64,000 nt of DNA, from assembly GCA_021787665.1 (NCBI GenBank), contig JAJYLN010000011.1, forward strand, positions 2,197 to 66,196. The letters run 5' to 3'. Positions 28,353 to 37,885 of the stretch are shown here, one piece after another. Position 1 is the first letter of the stretch. The number at the start of each line of letters is the position of its first letter. Made by a program: the position numbers and the translations under genes. This DNA is from a bacterium. Its GTDB lineage: Bacteria; JAMCPX01. The notes beneath the pieces are model-generated. The model did no database searches. It worked only from the letters and a program-made list of their open reading frames with translations, and was not told the origin of the DNA.

Positions 28353-28631
28353 ATGGCAAGGATAGGAGAGTTTCAGAGGAGCAGGAACCCCGAGGGCGTG
28401 AAGGTACAGCAGGAGAACAACGCGTACAAGGTACCGCAGATAAACATTCAGGACCAATTGCTGAACCAGCTCCGGAAGGACAGGACGAAGATCTCCGTGG
28501 AGCTGATGTCCGGCAACGTGGTGCAGGGAGAGATTGCCGGGTTCGACAACTATTCCATCGTCCTTGACGATGGCGGGAAGCAGTTGATCTACAAGCACGG
28601 CATCGTCCTTATAAAATGGGGTGCCCTCTGA
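28353..28631 (+). CDS. hfq: RNA chaperone Hfq (divergent, N-terminally extended)
   Basis: NIQDQLLNQLRK, G.I.GFDNY and QLIYKHGI; sits directly upstream of hflX; GGAGG RBS. Confidence 0.88.
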   Translation: MARIGEFQRSRNPEGVKVQQENNAYKVPQINIQDQLLNQLRKDRTKISVELMSGNVVQGEIAGFDNYSIVLDDGGKQLIYKHGIVLIKWGAL

Positions 28632-28651
28632 CGAACAGCCACGCAAGTGAC

Positions 28652-29791
28652 ATGGTGGGAAAGCGAGAGCGGGTACTCGCGGTCCATGTCCAGACCGGGA
28701 GGCAGACAGGCTACGAAGCCGCCAGACGGGTCGACGAATTGAAGGCCCTTGTCCAGACGGACGGCGGCAGTATCGTGAAAACCATGGTGATGAGGGTCAA
28801 ACAGCCGAGCGTATCCACGCTGCTGGGGAGTGGCCAGGTCACGGACATCGACGACACCGCAGCGCAGTACGATGCGGACGTTGTCGTATTCAACAGAGAA
28901 CTCACCCCGCAGCAGCAGAGGAACATTGAGGCGGTCATCAACAGGAGGGTGATAGACAGGACCAGACTGATTATAGACATTTTCGCACGCCGGGCCAGGT
29001 CCAGGGAAGGAAAGCTCGAGGTCGAGGAGGCGCTGCTTCGGTACCTGTTGCCGAGGCTGACGGGAAAGGGGATCGTCATGTCGCAGACCGGCGGTGGCGT
29101 GGGAACGAGAGGGCCCGGCGAGACGAAGCTGGAGATGGACAGGAGGAAGATAAAGGAGAGGCTGAACCGGCTGCGGCGGCTCATGGATGCCGTGAAGTCA
29201 CAGCGGTCGGTCCAGCAGAGCAGAAGGGCAAAGACCGGCATACCGCAGATCTCGCTCGTCGGGTACACGAGCGCAGGCAAATCTACGCTCCTCAACGTGC
29301 TGACCGGATCAACCGAACAATCGAGCGAGAGTCCGTTTACGAGCCTGGACCCGGTTTCGCGGAGACTGTACCTCCGGGGCGGGACTTTCTCGGTCATCAC
29401 GGATACGGTTGGTTTCATCGAGGATCTCCCGGTCCAGCTCGTCAAGGCGTTCAGGACCACGCTCGAGGACGTGGCGAGATCGGACATACTCCTCTTCGTG
29501 GTGGACGTCTCCAAGGAGGAGTATGAGAACAACGTCAGCGTGGTTCGCGGCATACTCCGCGAAATAGGGGCCGACAGGATTCCCATGATCTACGTGCTCA
29601 ACAAGATCGACAAGGTAGGGAAAGAGGTGTCCCTGGCAGGGATCGCGGAGAGCTACCGGGACCGTGTCCTTGTGTCGGCCAGGGACGGTACGGGCATCGC
29701 TGAGCTCAGAGACACGATAGGGAGGGTACTTGCCATGACAAAACGCTCTGGTAGTGTGCAGGACGAGGATGAATTCTATAGAGCTGTTTAA
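28652..29791 (+). CDS. hflX: GTPase HflX
   Basis: IDRT.LI.DIFA.RA.S.EGKL, GTRGPGETKLE, GYTSAGKS, DTVGFI and NKID. Confidence 0.93.
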   Translation: MVGKRERVLAVHVQTGRQTGYEAARRVDELKALVQTDGGSIVKTMVMRVKQPSVSTLLGSGQVTDIDDTAAQYDADVVVFNRELTPQQQRNIEAVINRRVIDRTRLIIDIFARRARSREGKLEVEEALLRYLLPRLTGKGIVMSQTGGGVGTRGPGETKLEMDRRKIKERLNRLRRLMDAVKSQRSVQQSRRAKTGIPQISLVGYTSAGKSTLLNVLTGSTEQSSESPFTSLDPVSRRLYLRGGTFSVITDTVGFIEDLPVQLVKAFRTTLEDVARSDILLFVVDVSKEEYENNVSVVRGILREIGADRIPMIYVLNKIDKVGKEVSLAGIAESYRDRVLVSARDGTGIAELRDTIGRVLAMTKRSGSVQDEDEFYRAV

Positions 29792-30638
29792 AAAATACTC
29801 GTGGCTCCTGGACCTCGTGCTGCTGGTGGTGCTGGCCTATGTGCTGGCGTCTTTCACGTCAGCGTACCTGCGGTCCAGGCTCTTCGCGCTGCCATCGGCA
29901 GGCAGGACGACAACGGCCGCTGCACAGAAGGTGCTGACCTCGCAGATAAAGCAGGAGCAGGGATACTACATGAGTATTGTGGAGAGGGACATATTCAACT
30001 CTTCGGCACAGGGGATCGACGAGATCACGGGTACGACTTCCGGGCCGGTTACCAGGACCAACCTGAATGCCAAGCTGCTCGGAACCGTTGCAGGATCCAT
30101 GGAGTATGCCTATTCCGTGATACAGTTCGATAACAAGATCAATATCTACCGGGTCAAGGACCACCTCGGGAGCACTGCCGTCATACTGTCCATCGAGCGG
30201 AAAAAGGTGATACTCCTGCACAACGGCTCCCGGGAGGAACTCAGTATGGCAGGAGCAGGGGGACCGGGTGCCGGGCCGGCCGCCGGGCCGATGGCCGGGA
30301 ACATCGAGGAGGTCAGCCAGGGCAACTATGTGATACCGGAAGGCCAGTTCAAGTCGGCGACGCAGAACATGGGACAGCTCCTGACGCAGGCCAGGGTGGT
30401 CCCCAACCTTGATGCCGGCAGGATCAATGGTTATAGAATATTTGCAATAACCCCCGGAAGCCTGTATGCAAATATCGGGCTCCAGAACGGGGACGTTATC
30501 CATAGCGTCAATGGGATTCAGGTAACGACGCCGGAAAGTGCCCTGCAGCTCTTTCAGCAACTACAGAACGAGCGCCGTTTTACGGTCAACATAGACAGGA
30601 ACGGTCAGGGGATGACCCTGAATTATACCGTACAGTAA
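29769..30638 (+). CDS. gspC: Type II secretion protein C with PDZ domain
   Basis: N-terminal TM, LLGTVAG and ARVVP...GLQNGDVI..VNG PDZ; first gene of the gsp cluster. Confidence 0.85.
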   Translation: MNSIELFKKYSWLLDLVLLVVLAYVLASFTSAYLRSRLFALPSAGRTTTAAAQKVLTSQIKQEQGYYMSIVERDIFNSSAQGIDEITGTTSGPVTRTNLNAKLLGTVAGSMEYAYSVIQFDNKINIYRVKDHLGSTAVILSIERKKVILLHNGSREELSMAGAGGPGAGPAAGPMAGNIEEVSQGNYVIPEGQFKSATQNMGQLLTQARVVPNLDAGRINGYRIFAITPGSLYANIGLQNGDVIHSVNGIQVTTPESALQLFQQLQNERRFTVNIDRNGQGMTLNYTVQ

Positions 30639-30649
30639 AGGGTGGAGAA

Positions 30650-33139
30650 ATGAACAGAAAGATTCTCGTATATACTCTGGGCATCATCGTGCTGCTCATG
30701 CCCGCGATGTCGGTCGCGGGAGAGGCCGGGACTACCCTCACGTCGGTGACGGTCCACAAGCCCTCTCCGAAGGAGAAGCACGGTGGAGAGCAGAAAGTGA
30801 CCATGGACTTCAGCAATGTTGACATAAAGGACTTCATAAAGGTGATAAGCAAGATCACGGGCAAGGACTTTATCCTGGGGCAGAACATAAACGGCAAGGT
30901 CACGATCATCTCGCCGACGCCAGTCACGATTGAAGAGGCATGGAGGATATTCGAGTCCGTACTTCAGGTAAACCAGCTCACCACCGTGGGCAGCGGGAAC
31001 GTCTTGAAGATCATATCCCTGAGGGACGCGAAGGGTACCAATATCAGTACGTATATGGGGAGACGGGTAGGGCAGACGAGCGACGTGTATATAACGCAGG
31101 TCGTTCCGCTTCATTACGTGAAGTCGAGCGACATGGCCAATGTTTTGAGGCCGTTCCTCTCGCCGTTCGGCAACATCCAGCCCTACGATACGACGAACAC
31201 GCTCATCATAACGGAATCCGCATCGAACATCGAGCGGCTGATGAAGATCGTACACGAGCTCGACACGGACACCAACAGGCAGACGATAAAGGTTATTCAG
31301 TTGAAGTACGCGACCGCGCAGAGTATCGCTGGCATCATCACCAGCCTCTACAGCGGACAGCCCGGACAGCCCCCCAGACCCGCCTTCGGCTTCTTCAGGC
31401 CCAACCAGCCCGGACAGGTGCAGCAGGCCATCAAGGTGCTCTCGGACGACAGGACGAACTCCATCATACTCGTTGCGAGCGTCGATGAGATAGCATCGAT
31501 CGAGGCGCTGATCGAAAAGCTCGATGTGCCAGTCATGGGAGAGGGACAGATCCACGTCTACTACCTGAAGAACGCGAACGCCGAGAAGCTCGCGTCCACC
31601 CTTGCCACCCTCGCCGGAACCGCCGGCCCTGCGATGCCCGGGCGACCGGGTCCGGCCGGCCCTGCCGTGGCCCAGCTCGCAGGCGGCGTGAAGATATCCG
31701 CAGATAAGGCGACGAACTCGCTGATCATCATCGCGACACCGCAGGACTATCAGACTCTCAAAGGCGTGATCAAGGACCTCGATATACCGAGGAGGCAGGT
31801 CTACGTGCAGGCGGTCATAGCAGAGCTCTCGCTCAGCGCCTCGAAGACGCTCGGGGTCGACTTGAATGCGCTGCCGAACATCAACGCGGGCGGTACGCAG
31901 GTGGGCGCCATAAGCAATATGGGCGCGGGCATCGGGAACATCATGTCGTCCCAGAACCAGCTCGGATCTCTGGTCGGGCAGTCCGGGCTCTCGCTCGGCA
32001 TTCTCAACGGACAGATAACCTACAACGGCGTGAGCTACCTCAATGTGGTCGCCCTGCTGAACGCGCTCGAGACGAACAGCCAGGCGAACGTGCTCTCGAC
32101 GCCGAACATCCTTGCGACGGACAACGAGCCCGCCCAGATCATGGTCGGCGAGAACGTGCCGATACCGACCGGCCAGGCCATCGGCCAGATCAGCGGCTAT
32201 ACGCAGACCTTCGTCCAGCGGCAGGACGTGGGCCTTACGCTGAAAATTACCCCGCAGATAAACGCAGGAGACTACATACGGCTGAAGCTCAATTTCCAGC
32301 TCACAGCCATCATACCGTCGCCGCAGGGACTCAACGCGAACGACGTGGGAGTAACGACGTCCAAGCGGTCTGCGGAGACGGTCGTTACCGTGAAGGACAG
32401 GAGCACGATCGTCATCGGCGGGCTGCTGCAGGACAACTCCAGCGTGAGCGAAAGTAAAATACCGTTCCTCGGCGACCTCCCTATCATCGGCTGGCTGTTC
32501 AGATACTCGAACAAGACAAAGAACAAGACGAACCTGATGATCTTCCTTACGCCGTACATCGTACGGGGCCAGTCCGATATCGCGGCGATAAACAGCATGA
32601 AGGAGGCCCAGAGCAGGAGGTTCGAGAAAGATACCTACGGCTATGAGCTCAAGAACAGCCCCTTTACGAAGACCTTCGAAAGGATGAACGAGCAGATGAA
32701 GGCAAACGCAAAACCGCCGAAGCCCCTGCTGTTCACCGGCGAGACCTACATTACGCCGGAAGGAGAGTTCCCGCTGCGGGCGTCCGGCCGGCAGACAGCC
32801 ACGACCATCACGCAGTCCTCGATGCCCGTGACCGGGAGCACTGCTACAGAGACCTCGTCCGGCATGCCGCACGCCGGAACGCTTCCCACGGAGACCTCCG
32901 TGCCCGTGCAGCCGGTAGTGTCCTCGGAGGGACAGCGGATCACCGGAACGCAGGTCACGGCACCCAAGACCGGGGGCACTGGCGTGGAGACCTCCGTGCC
33001 CGCACTGCTTTCCCCGCCTGCGGAGGGGCAGCAGGTAACGCAGACGACCGGTGCCCGGGGTCTGACCGGGACCGCGTTTACCCCGGAAGCGGTAAAGCCC
33101 CCTGACACACCGTCTGGCGCAACGGTCAATAAACCATGA
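30650..33139 (+). CDS. gspD: Type II secretion secretin D with long Thr/Pro/Ser-rich C-terminal tail
   Basis: MDFSNVDI, DKATNSLII, LDIPRRQVYV and KIPFLGDLPIIGWLFR. Confidence 0.93.
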   Translation: MNRKILVYTLGIIVLLMPAMSVAGEAGTTLTSVTVHKPSPKEKHGGEQKVTMDFSNVDIKDFIKVISKITGKDFILGQNINGKVTIISPTPVTIEEAWRIFESVLQVNQLTTVGSGNVLKIISLRDAKGTNISTYMGRRVGQTSDVYITQVVPLHYVKSSDMANVLRPFLSPFGNIQPYDTTNTLIITESASNIERLMKIVHELDTDTNRQTIKVIQLKYATAQSIAGIITSLYSGQPGQPPRPAFGFFRPNQPGQVQQAIKVLSDDRTNSIILVASVDEIASIEALIEKLDVPVMGEGQIHVYYLKNANAEKLASTLATLAGTAGPAMPGRPGPAGPAVAQLAGGVKISADKATNSLIIIATPQDYQTLKGVIKDLDIPRRQVYVQAVIAELSLSASKTLGVDLNALPNINAGGTQVGAISNMGAGIGNIMSSQNQLGSLVGQSGLSLGILNGQITYNGVSYLNVVALLNALETNSQANVLSTPNILATDNEPAQIMVGENVPIPTGQAIGQISGYTQTFVQRQDVGLTLKITPQINAGDYIRLKLNFQLTAIIPSPQGLNANDVGVTTSKRSAETVVTVKDRSTIVIGGLLQDNSSVSESKIPFLGDLPIIGWLFRYSNKTKNKTNLMIFLTPYIVRGQSDIAAINSMKEAQSRRFEKDTYGYELKNSPFTKTFERMNEQMKANAKPPKPLLFTGETYITPEGEFPLRASGRQTATTITQSSMPVTGSTATETSSGMPHAGTLPTETSVPVQPVVSSEGQRITGTQVTAPKTGGTGVETSVPALLSPPAEGQQVTQTTGARGLTGTAFTPEAVKPPDTPSGATVNKP

Positions 33140-34854
33140 AGCAGAAGCCTTTACTGGGAGAGATACTCTTAAGCAACAATGCCGTTACACCCGCGCAGAT
33201 CGAGGAGGCCCTCGCGTACCAGAAGGAGAAGGGCGGTAAGATCGGGGAACTGCTCCTGACAAAGTTCAAGTTCATAACGGAGCTCGACCTTATCAAGGCG
33301 CTGGCTACACAGTTCGACCTCGAATACATCGCCAACCTGACGAGCCTGAAGCTCGATATGGAGCTCATCCAGAAGTTTCCCAAGGCCCTCTCGCGGCGGT
33401 TCGGCATCATACCGATAGGCAGGGTGGACGGCTTCGTGAGACTCGGGGTCGTGGATCCCGGCGACATCGAGGCTGTGAACGATGCGGAGATCTTTCTCGG
33501 GATACCTGCCGCGCCGGTGGTGGTGAGCCAGAAGGATGTCATCAACGCAATCAACATTTATTACGACAGGATACAGGTGAGCACCGAGGACATGGTCGAG
33601 GAACTCGAGGACACGAACCTGGACCATGTCGCTCAGGAGCTGAGCGAGCCGGAAGACCTGCTCGACGCGACGGACGAGGCCCCGATCATCAGGCTCATCA
33701 ACTCCCTGCTGTTCGAAGCCGTCAAGAAGCGCGCGAGCGATATCCACGTGGAGCCGTTCGAGAAAGAGGTGTCCGTGCGGTACCGCATCGACGGCATTCT
33801 CTATGAGGTCATCAAGCCCCCTAAGCGCTTCCAGTCCAGTATCATATCCAGGGTCAAGGTCATGGCGGGCATGAACATAGCGGAGAAGAGGCTGCCACAG
33901 GACGGAAGGATACGGATCAAGATAGCCGGGAAGGACGTGGACATCAGGACGTCCGTGATACCCACCTCGTTCGGCGAGAGGATCGTCATGAGGCTGCTGG
34001 ACAGGTCCAGTGTGCTCATCGGGCTGGGCAACATCGGCCTGAGCGGGGAGAAGCTCAAGCTCATCAACCAGCTCATCAAGAGGAGCAACGGCATCATCCT
34101 CGTGACCGGCCCGACCGGCAGCGGCAAGACCACGACGCTGTACTCGGTGCTCTCGGTCCTGAACTCGCCGGAGGTCAACATCCTCACCATCGAGGACCCG
34201 GTCGAGTACCAGATCAAGGGCATAGGTCAGATACAGGTCAACTCCAAGATTGACCTGACCTTCGCGAGCGGCCTCAGGTCCATCCTCAGGCAGGATCCGG
34301 ACATCGTGCTCGTCGGAGAGATTCGTGACCGGGAGACCGCGGAGATAGCGGTACAGGCGTCCCTGACCGGGCACCTCGTGTTCTCCACCCTCCACACCAA
34401 CGACGCGGCCGGCGGCATAACGAGGCTGATAGACATGGGCATCGAGCCGTTCCTTGTGTCGTCTTCGGTCGTGGCCCTCGTTGCACAGAGACTCGTCAGG
34501 ACGATATGCCCGGTGTGCAGGACTGCCTACCGTCCCGGCGACGACGAGCTGCTGGAAATAGGTATACCGAGGAACGCGCTTGCTGAGGGCGTCATCTACA
34601 AGGGGAGCGGCTGCGGCAACTGCGTCAATACGGGATACAAGGGCAGGACCGGAATCTACGAGATCCTCGTCATAGACGACGAGATACGGACCATGATCAC
34701 GAAGGCCGTTGACTCCTCGATGATAAAGAAGGCTGCCGTGAGCAAGGGCATGTCGACACTGAAGGAGGACGGGATCAAGAAGGTCATCGAGGGGGCGACG
34801 ACCATCCGGGAGGTCCTGAGGGTCACGCAGGAAGAGGTGACCGAGATCGTGTGA
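33136..34854 (+). CDS. gspE: Type II secretion ATPase E
   Basis: ASDIHVEP, PQDGRI, GPTGSGKTTT, LRQDPD.VLVGEIRD, STLHTN and CxxC...CxxC. Confidence 0.95.
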   Translation: MKQKPLLGEILLSNNAVTPAQIEEALAYQKEKGGKIGELLLTKFKFITELDLIKALATQFDLEYIANLTSLKLDMELIQKFPKALSRRFGIIPIGRVDGFVRLGVVDPGDIEAVNDAEIFLGIPAAPVVVSQKDVINAINIYYDRIQVSTEDMVEELEDTNLDHVAQELSEPEDLLDATDEAPIIRLINSLLFEAVKKRASDIHVEPFEKEVSVRYRIDGILYEVIKPPKRFQSSIISRVKVMAGMNIAEKRLPQDGRIRIKIAGKDVDIRTSVIPTSFGERIVMRLLDRSSVLIGLGNIGLSGEKLKLINQLIKRSNGIILVTGPTGSGKTTTLYSVLSVLNSPEVNILTIEDPVEYQIKGIGQIQVNSKIDLTFASGLRSILRQDPDIVLVGEIRDRETAEIAVQASLTGHLVFSTLHTNDAAGGITRLIDMGIEPFLVSSSVVALVAQRLVRTICPVCRTAYRPGDDELLEIGIPRNALAEGVIYKGSGCGNCVNTGYKGRTGIYEILVIDDEIRTMITKAVDSSMIKKAAVSKGMSTLKEDGIKKVIEGATTIREVLRVTQEEVTEIV

Positions 34855-34860
34855 TGCGCC

Positions 34861-36084
34861 ATGCCTATATTCGAGTACAAAGGCTTTACGGTAAAAGGAC
34901 AGCAGTCCCGGGGTGTCATCGAGGCGGACTCGCAGCACCAGGCGCGTGTCAAGCTCAAGGAGATGGGCATCTACGCGACGGATTTCCGCCAGGAGGTCAA
35001 GGAGGCCGGCTCCGACATAACGAAGGCAAGCATCTCGGATCTGCTCACGAGCATCAAGCAGCAGGACGTCGCCATCGTCACGCGGCAGCTCTCGAGCCTC
35101 CTGGGTGCCGGGCTCACGCTCATTGAGGCGCTCGAAGCCATCACGGAACAGATAGATAAGATAAAACTCAAGAAGATCATCAGCAATGTCAAGACCAAGG
35201 TGAACGAGGGAAGCTCGTTTGCCGACGCACTGAAGATAGCCCCGCGGGTGTTCCCCGAGTTCTATGTAAACATGGTCGCTGCCGGTGAGTCCAGCGGCGC
35301 GCTCGATATCGTCCTCCAGAGGTTGGCGGACTATATCGAGAGTCAGGTACGGCTGAAGTACAAGATCATAGCGACGATGATTTACCCCGCTATCATGGTG
35401 GTGCTTGCAACGCTCGTCGTCATCGTCCTGATGACCTTCGTGATCCCCAAGGTCACGCAGCTCTTCAAGGACGTCAATCAAACGTTGCCCCTGTTTACCA
35501 AGGTGCTTATTTTCGTTAGCGGCATGATGAGTTCGTACTGGTACCTGTTCATCATTGCGGCGATCGGTGCGTACTACTTTTTCAGATGGTATATAAAGAC
35601 GGAAAAGGGCAGGGTCAGGTACGAGGCCTTTTTACTGGGGCTGCCGGTCTTCGGGAGACTCATACGGCTCGTCATCATAGCGAGGTTCAGCCGTACGCTG
35701 GCCACCCTGTTGAAGAGCGGCGTGCCGGTGGTCAGGGCTATGGACATCGTGAAGACGATAGTCAACAATACCATCATCGGTGCCGCCATCGAGAAGGCGA
35801 AGGTCTCGATCGTGGAGGGGTCTTCGATAGCGGCCCCCCTGAAGTCCAGCGGCGTGTTTCCCCCTATGGTAACGAGGATGATTGCCGTCGGAGAGCAGAG
35901 CGGGGAGCTCGAGACCATGCTCGAGAGGATCGCCTCGACGTACGAGGACAATGTGACGACGGCGATTAGTGCCTTGACGGCGCTCCTCGAGCCGGTGATC
36001 ATCCTGATCATGGCAGGCATCGTGCTGTTTATCATCCTGTCCGTGCTATTGCCCATATTCCAGATGAATCAATTGGTGCATTAG
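34861..36084 (+). CDS. gspF: Type II secretion inner-membrane platform protein F
   Basis: AGESSGAL, YPAIM and VGEQSGEL...LEP motifs. Confidence 0.93.
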   Translation: MPIFEYKGFTVKGQQSRGVIEADSQHQARVKLKEMGIYATDFRQEVKEAGSDITKASISDLLTSIKQQDVAIVTRQLSSLLGAGLTLIEALEAITEQIDKIKLKKIISNVKTKVNEGSSFADALKIAPRVFPEFYVNMVAAGESSGALDIVLQRLADYIESQVRLKYKIIATMIYPAIMVVLATLVVIVLMTFVIPKVTQLFKDVNQTLPLFTKVLIFVSGMMSSYWYLFIIAAIGAYYFFRWYIKTEKGRVRYEAFLLGLPVFGRLIRLVIIARFSRTLATLLKSGVPVVRAMDIVKTIVNNTIIGAAIEKAKVSIVEGSSIAAPLKSSGVFPPMVTRMIAVGEQSGELETMLERIASTYEDNVTTAISALTALLEPVIILIMAGIVLFIILSVLLPIFQMNQLVH

Positions 36085-36174
36085 AGTTCATGGGATAGGT
36101 AGCATTTAAAGCTCAAAGGGTGTAAGAAGGAAGTTGGAAAGCATGCAGAAAGGCGAGAAGTGAGGAGGTAGCAA

Positions 36175-36618
36175 ATGAACAAACAAAAAGGATTCACCTT
36201 GATAGAGATCATGGTCGTGGTGCTGATCATCGGCTTGCTGGCAACGCTCGTTGCCGTGAACGTGATACCGAGGAAGGAAGAGGCGAACCGGGTAAAAGCA
36301 AGGGCCGACATCAAATCGCTCGAGACGGCGCTGAAGCTCTATTACCTGGACAACCACACCTACCCCACGACCGAGCAGGGCCTGAAAGCACTCGTCGAGC
36401 AGCCGACGACCGGGAACATACCGTGCTGCTGGAAGGAAGGGGGCTACATAGAGGGCGGCAACATACCCAAGGACCCGTGGGGCAACGCCTACGCCTACAT
36501 CAGTCCCGCTCCCAACGGTGCAGACTACGTGATTATATCGTACGGCCCTACCGGCAAGCCCGGCGGGACCGGCAAGGACAAGGAAATAACGAGCCTTGAC
36601 ACCGACACGAACCCGTAG
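36175..36618 (+). CDS. gspG: Major pseudopilin G
   Basis: G-FTLIE prepilin motif, ALKLYYLDN..YPTTEQGL and PKDPWGNAY. Confidence 0.93.
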   Translation: MNKQKGFTLIEIMVVVLIIGLLATLVAVNVIPRKEEANRVKARADIKSLETALKLYYLDNHTYPTTEQGLKALVEQPTTGNIPCCWKEGGYIEGGNIPKDPWGNAYAYISPAPNGADYVIISYGPTGKPGGTGKDKEITSLDTDTNP

Positions 36619-36687
36619 AGAAAAGTACTGGTTGCGGCCACAGCTGCTGCTTCCTCTCCGATCGATCAAAGGTTCGACGCATCGTTT

Positions 36688-37224
36688 ATGAAGAAACGAA
36701 ATTCTGGAAGGGGGTTTACCCTCATCGAGCTCACGGTGGTACTCTTCATCATCGCCGTAGTCATGGGAATCGTCGTGCCGAGGCTCATGGATCTCACGGG
36801 CGTGGAACTGCGGTCCGAAGTCATGAGGCTGTCCTCAACGATACGGTACGTCTATTCACGGGCGGTTTTCTCGAAGACGGCGTACTTCCGGATCAAGTTC
36901 GATCTCAAGAAGAACGAGTACTGGGTCGAGAAATGCACGCCGTCGCTGGAAACGAACACGTGCGCGTGGAAGTATGATAACAACGTGCTCGGCAAGCCGG
37001 AGAAGCTCGCGAACGGCACGAGGTTCGAAGACATTATCGTGGGTACGGAAACGGTAAGCTCGGACGCAAGGGACGTCGCGATCCAGTTCTATCCCCAGGG
37101 GTATATGCCGTACACGATCATCCACATCACGGACGACCGGAAAGACGTCTATTCCCTGGAGGTAAATCCTTTTACCGGGAGGGTCATCATCCATGTCGGG
37201 TACTTCGAGCCGGAAAAAACTTGA
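36688..37224 (+). CDS. gspH: Minor pseudopilin H-like
   Basis: G-FTLIE prepilin motif and IQFYPQG; follows gspG. Confidence 0.75.
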   Translation: MKKRNSGRGFTLIELTVVLFIIAVVMGIVVPRLMDLTGVELRSEVMRLSSTIRYVYSRAVFSKTAYFRIKFDLKKNEYWVEKCTPSLETNTCAWKYDNNVLGKPEKLANGTRFEDIIVGTETVSSDARDVAIQFYPQGYMPYTIIHITDDRKDVYSLEVNPFTGRVIIHVGYFEPEKT

Positions 37225-37633
37225 ACAGGGCTTCTCGCTGCTCGAGCTCCTTGTCGCCGTTGCGATACTCGCGGTGGGGCTGATCTCCATACAGTCGCTC
37301 GAGAACCAGAACATAGATGCGTCCAACTACATCGATGATCTGGGGATAGGTATGATGCTTGCGGATTACCGGCTCGGGGAGGAACAGATAAAGACGAACT
37401 TCGGCGATTTCACGCCCCCGCTGAAGTCGTTCGGGGCACAGTTCCCGTCCTTCAAGGTACATACGGCGATCGAGAACGGTCTCTCCCTGCCTATCGAGCT
37501 GCCGATCCAGCTCCCGGGCGTGCTCGTAGTGAACGTGAGCTGGAAGTTCCACAGCACCATAGAGAAGCTCATGGTCGTGGACTACCTGCCCACGTCCGTC
37601 GGTTCCTCTCAGGGAACCCTCACCACGCCGTAG
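37193..37633 (+). CDS. gspI: Minor pseudopilin I-like
   Basis: G-FSLLELLVAVAILAVG and a V.V.W motif near the C-terminus; follows gspH. Confidence 0.7.
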   Translation: MSGTSSRKKLEQGFSLLELLVAVAILAVGLISIQSLENQNIDASNYIDDLGIGMMLADYRLGEEQIKTNFGDFTPPLKSFGAQFPSFKVHTAIENGLSLPIELPIQLPGVLVVNVSWKFHSTIEKLMVVDYLPTSVGSSQGTLTTP

Positions 37634-37885
37634 GGGCCCGTCTTCTCACTCGCACCGGCTCCGTCCCTACACGGGGCTCCGATTTTGTGGACCCGGAAGA
37701 AGTATCTCGTGTCCGGGCAGGGCCAGGTATACGGAAGGCAACCTGAAGCAGTCGCACAGCACCGGTCACCTGTTGCAGAGCAAGCCGTCAACGGATCAGA
37801 AGAAATGGCGCTGTATCATGATCAAAGACTGACCCCCCTCCGGATCTATGGATGTGCTATGGGCCAAGCCGGCTTATAACAGCGT

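Noticed and set aside
30623-35481. 749-aa and 770-aa antisense ORFs opposite gspD/E/F
   Set aside because: Same shadow-ORF effect. The sense strand carries clear T2SS genes.
36085-36174. Purine-rich stretch upstream of gspG as a short tandem repeat
   Set aside because: Only degenerate AGAAG units are present, with no consistent period.
37634-37885. Small ORFs or a gspJ remnant after gspI
   Set aside because: No prepilin motif, RBS or recognisable domain was found.
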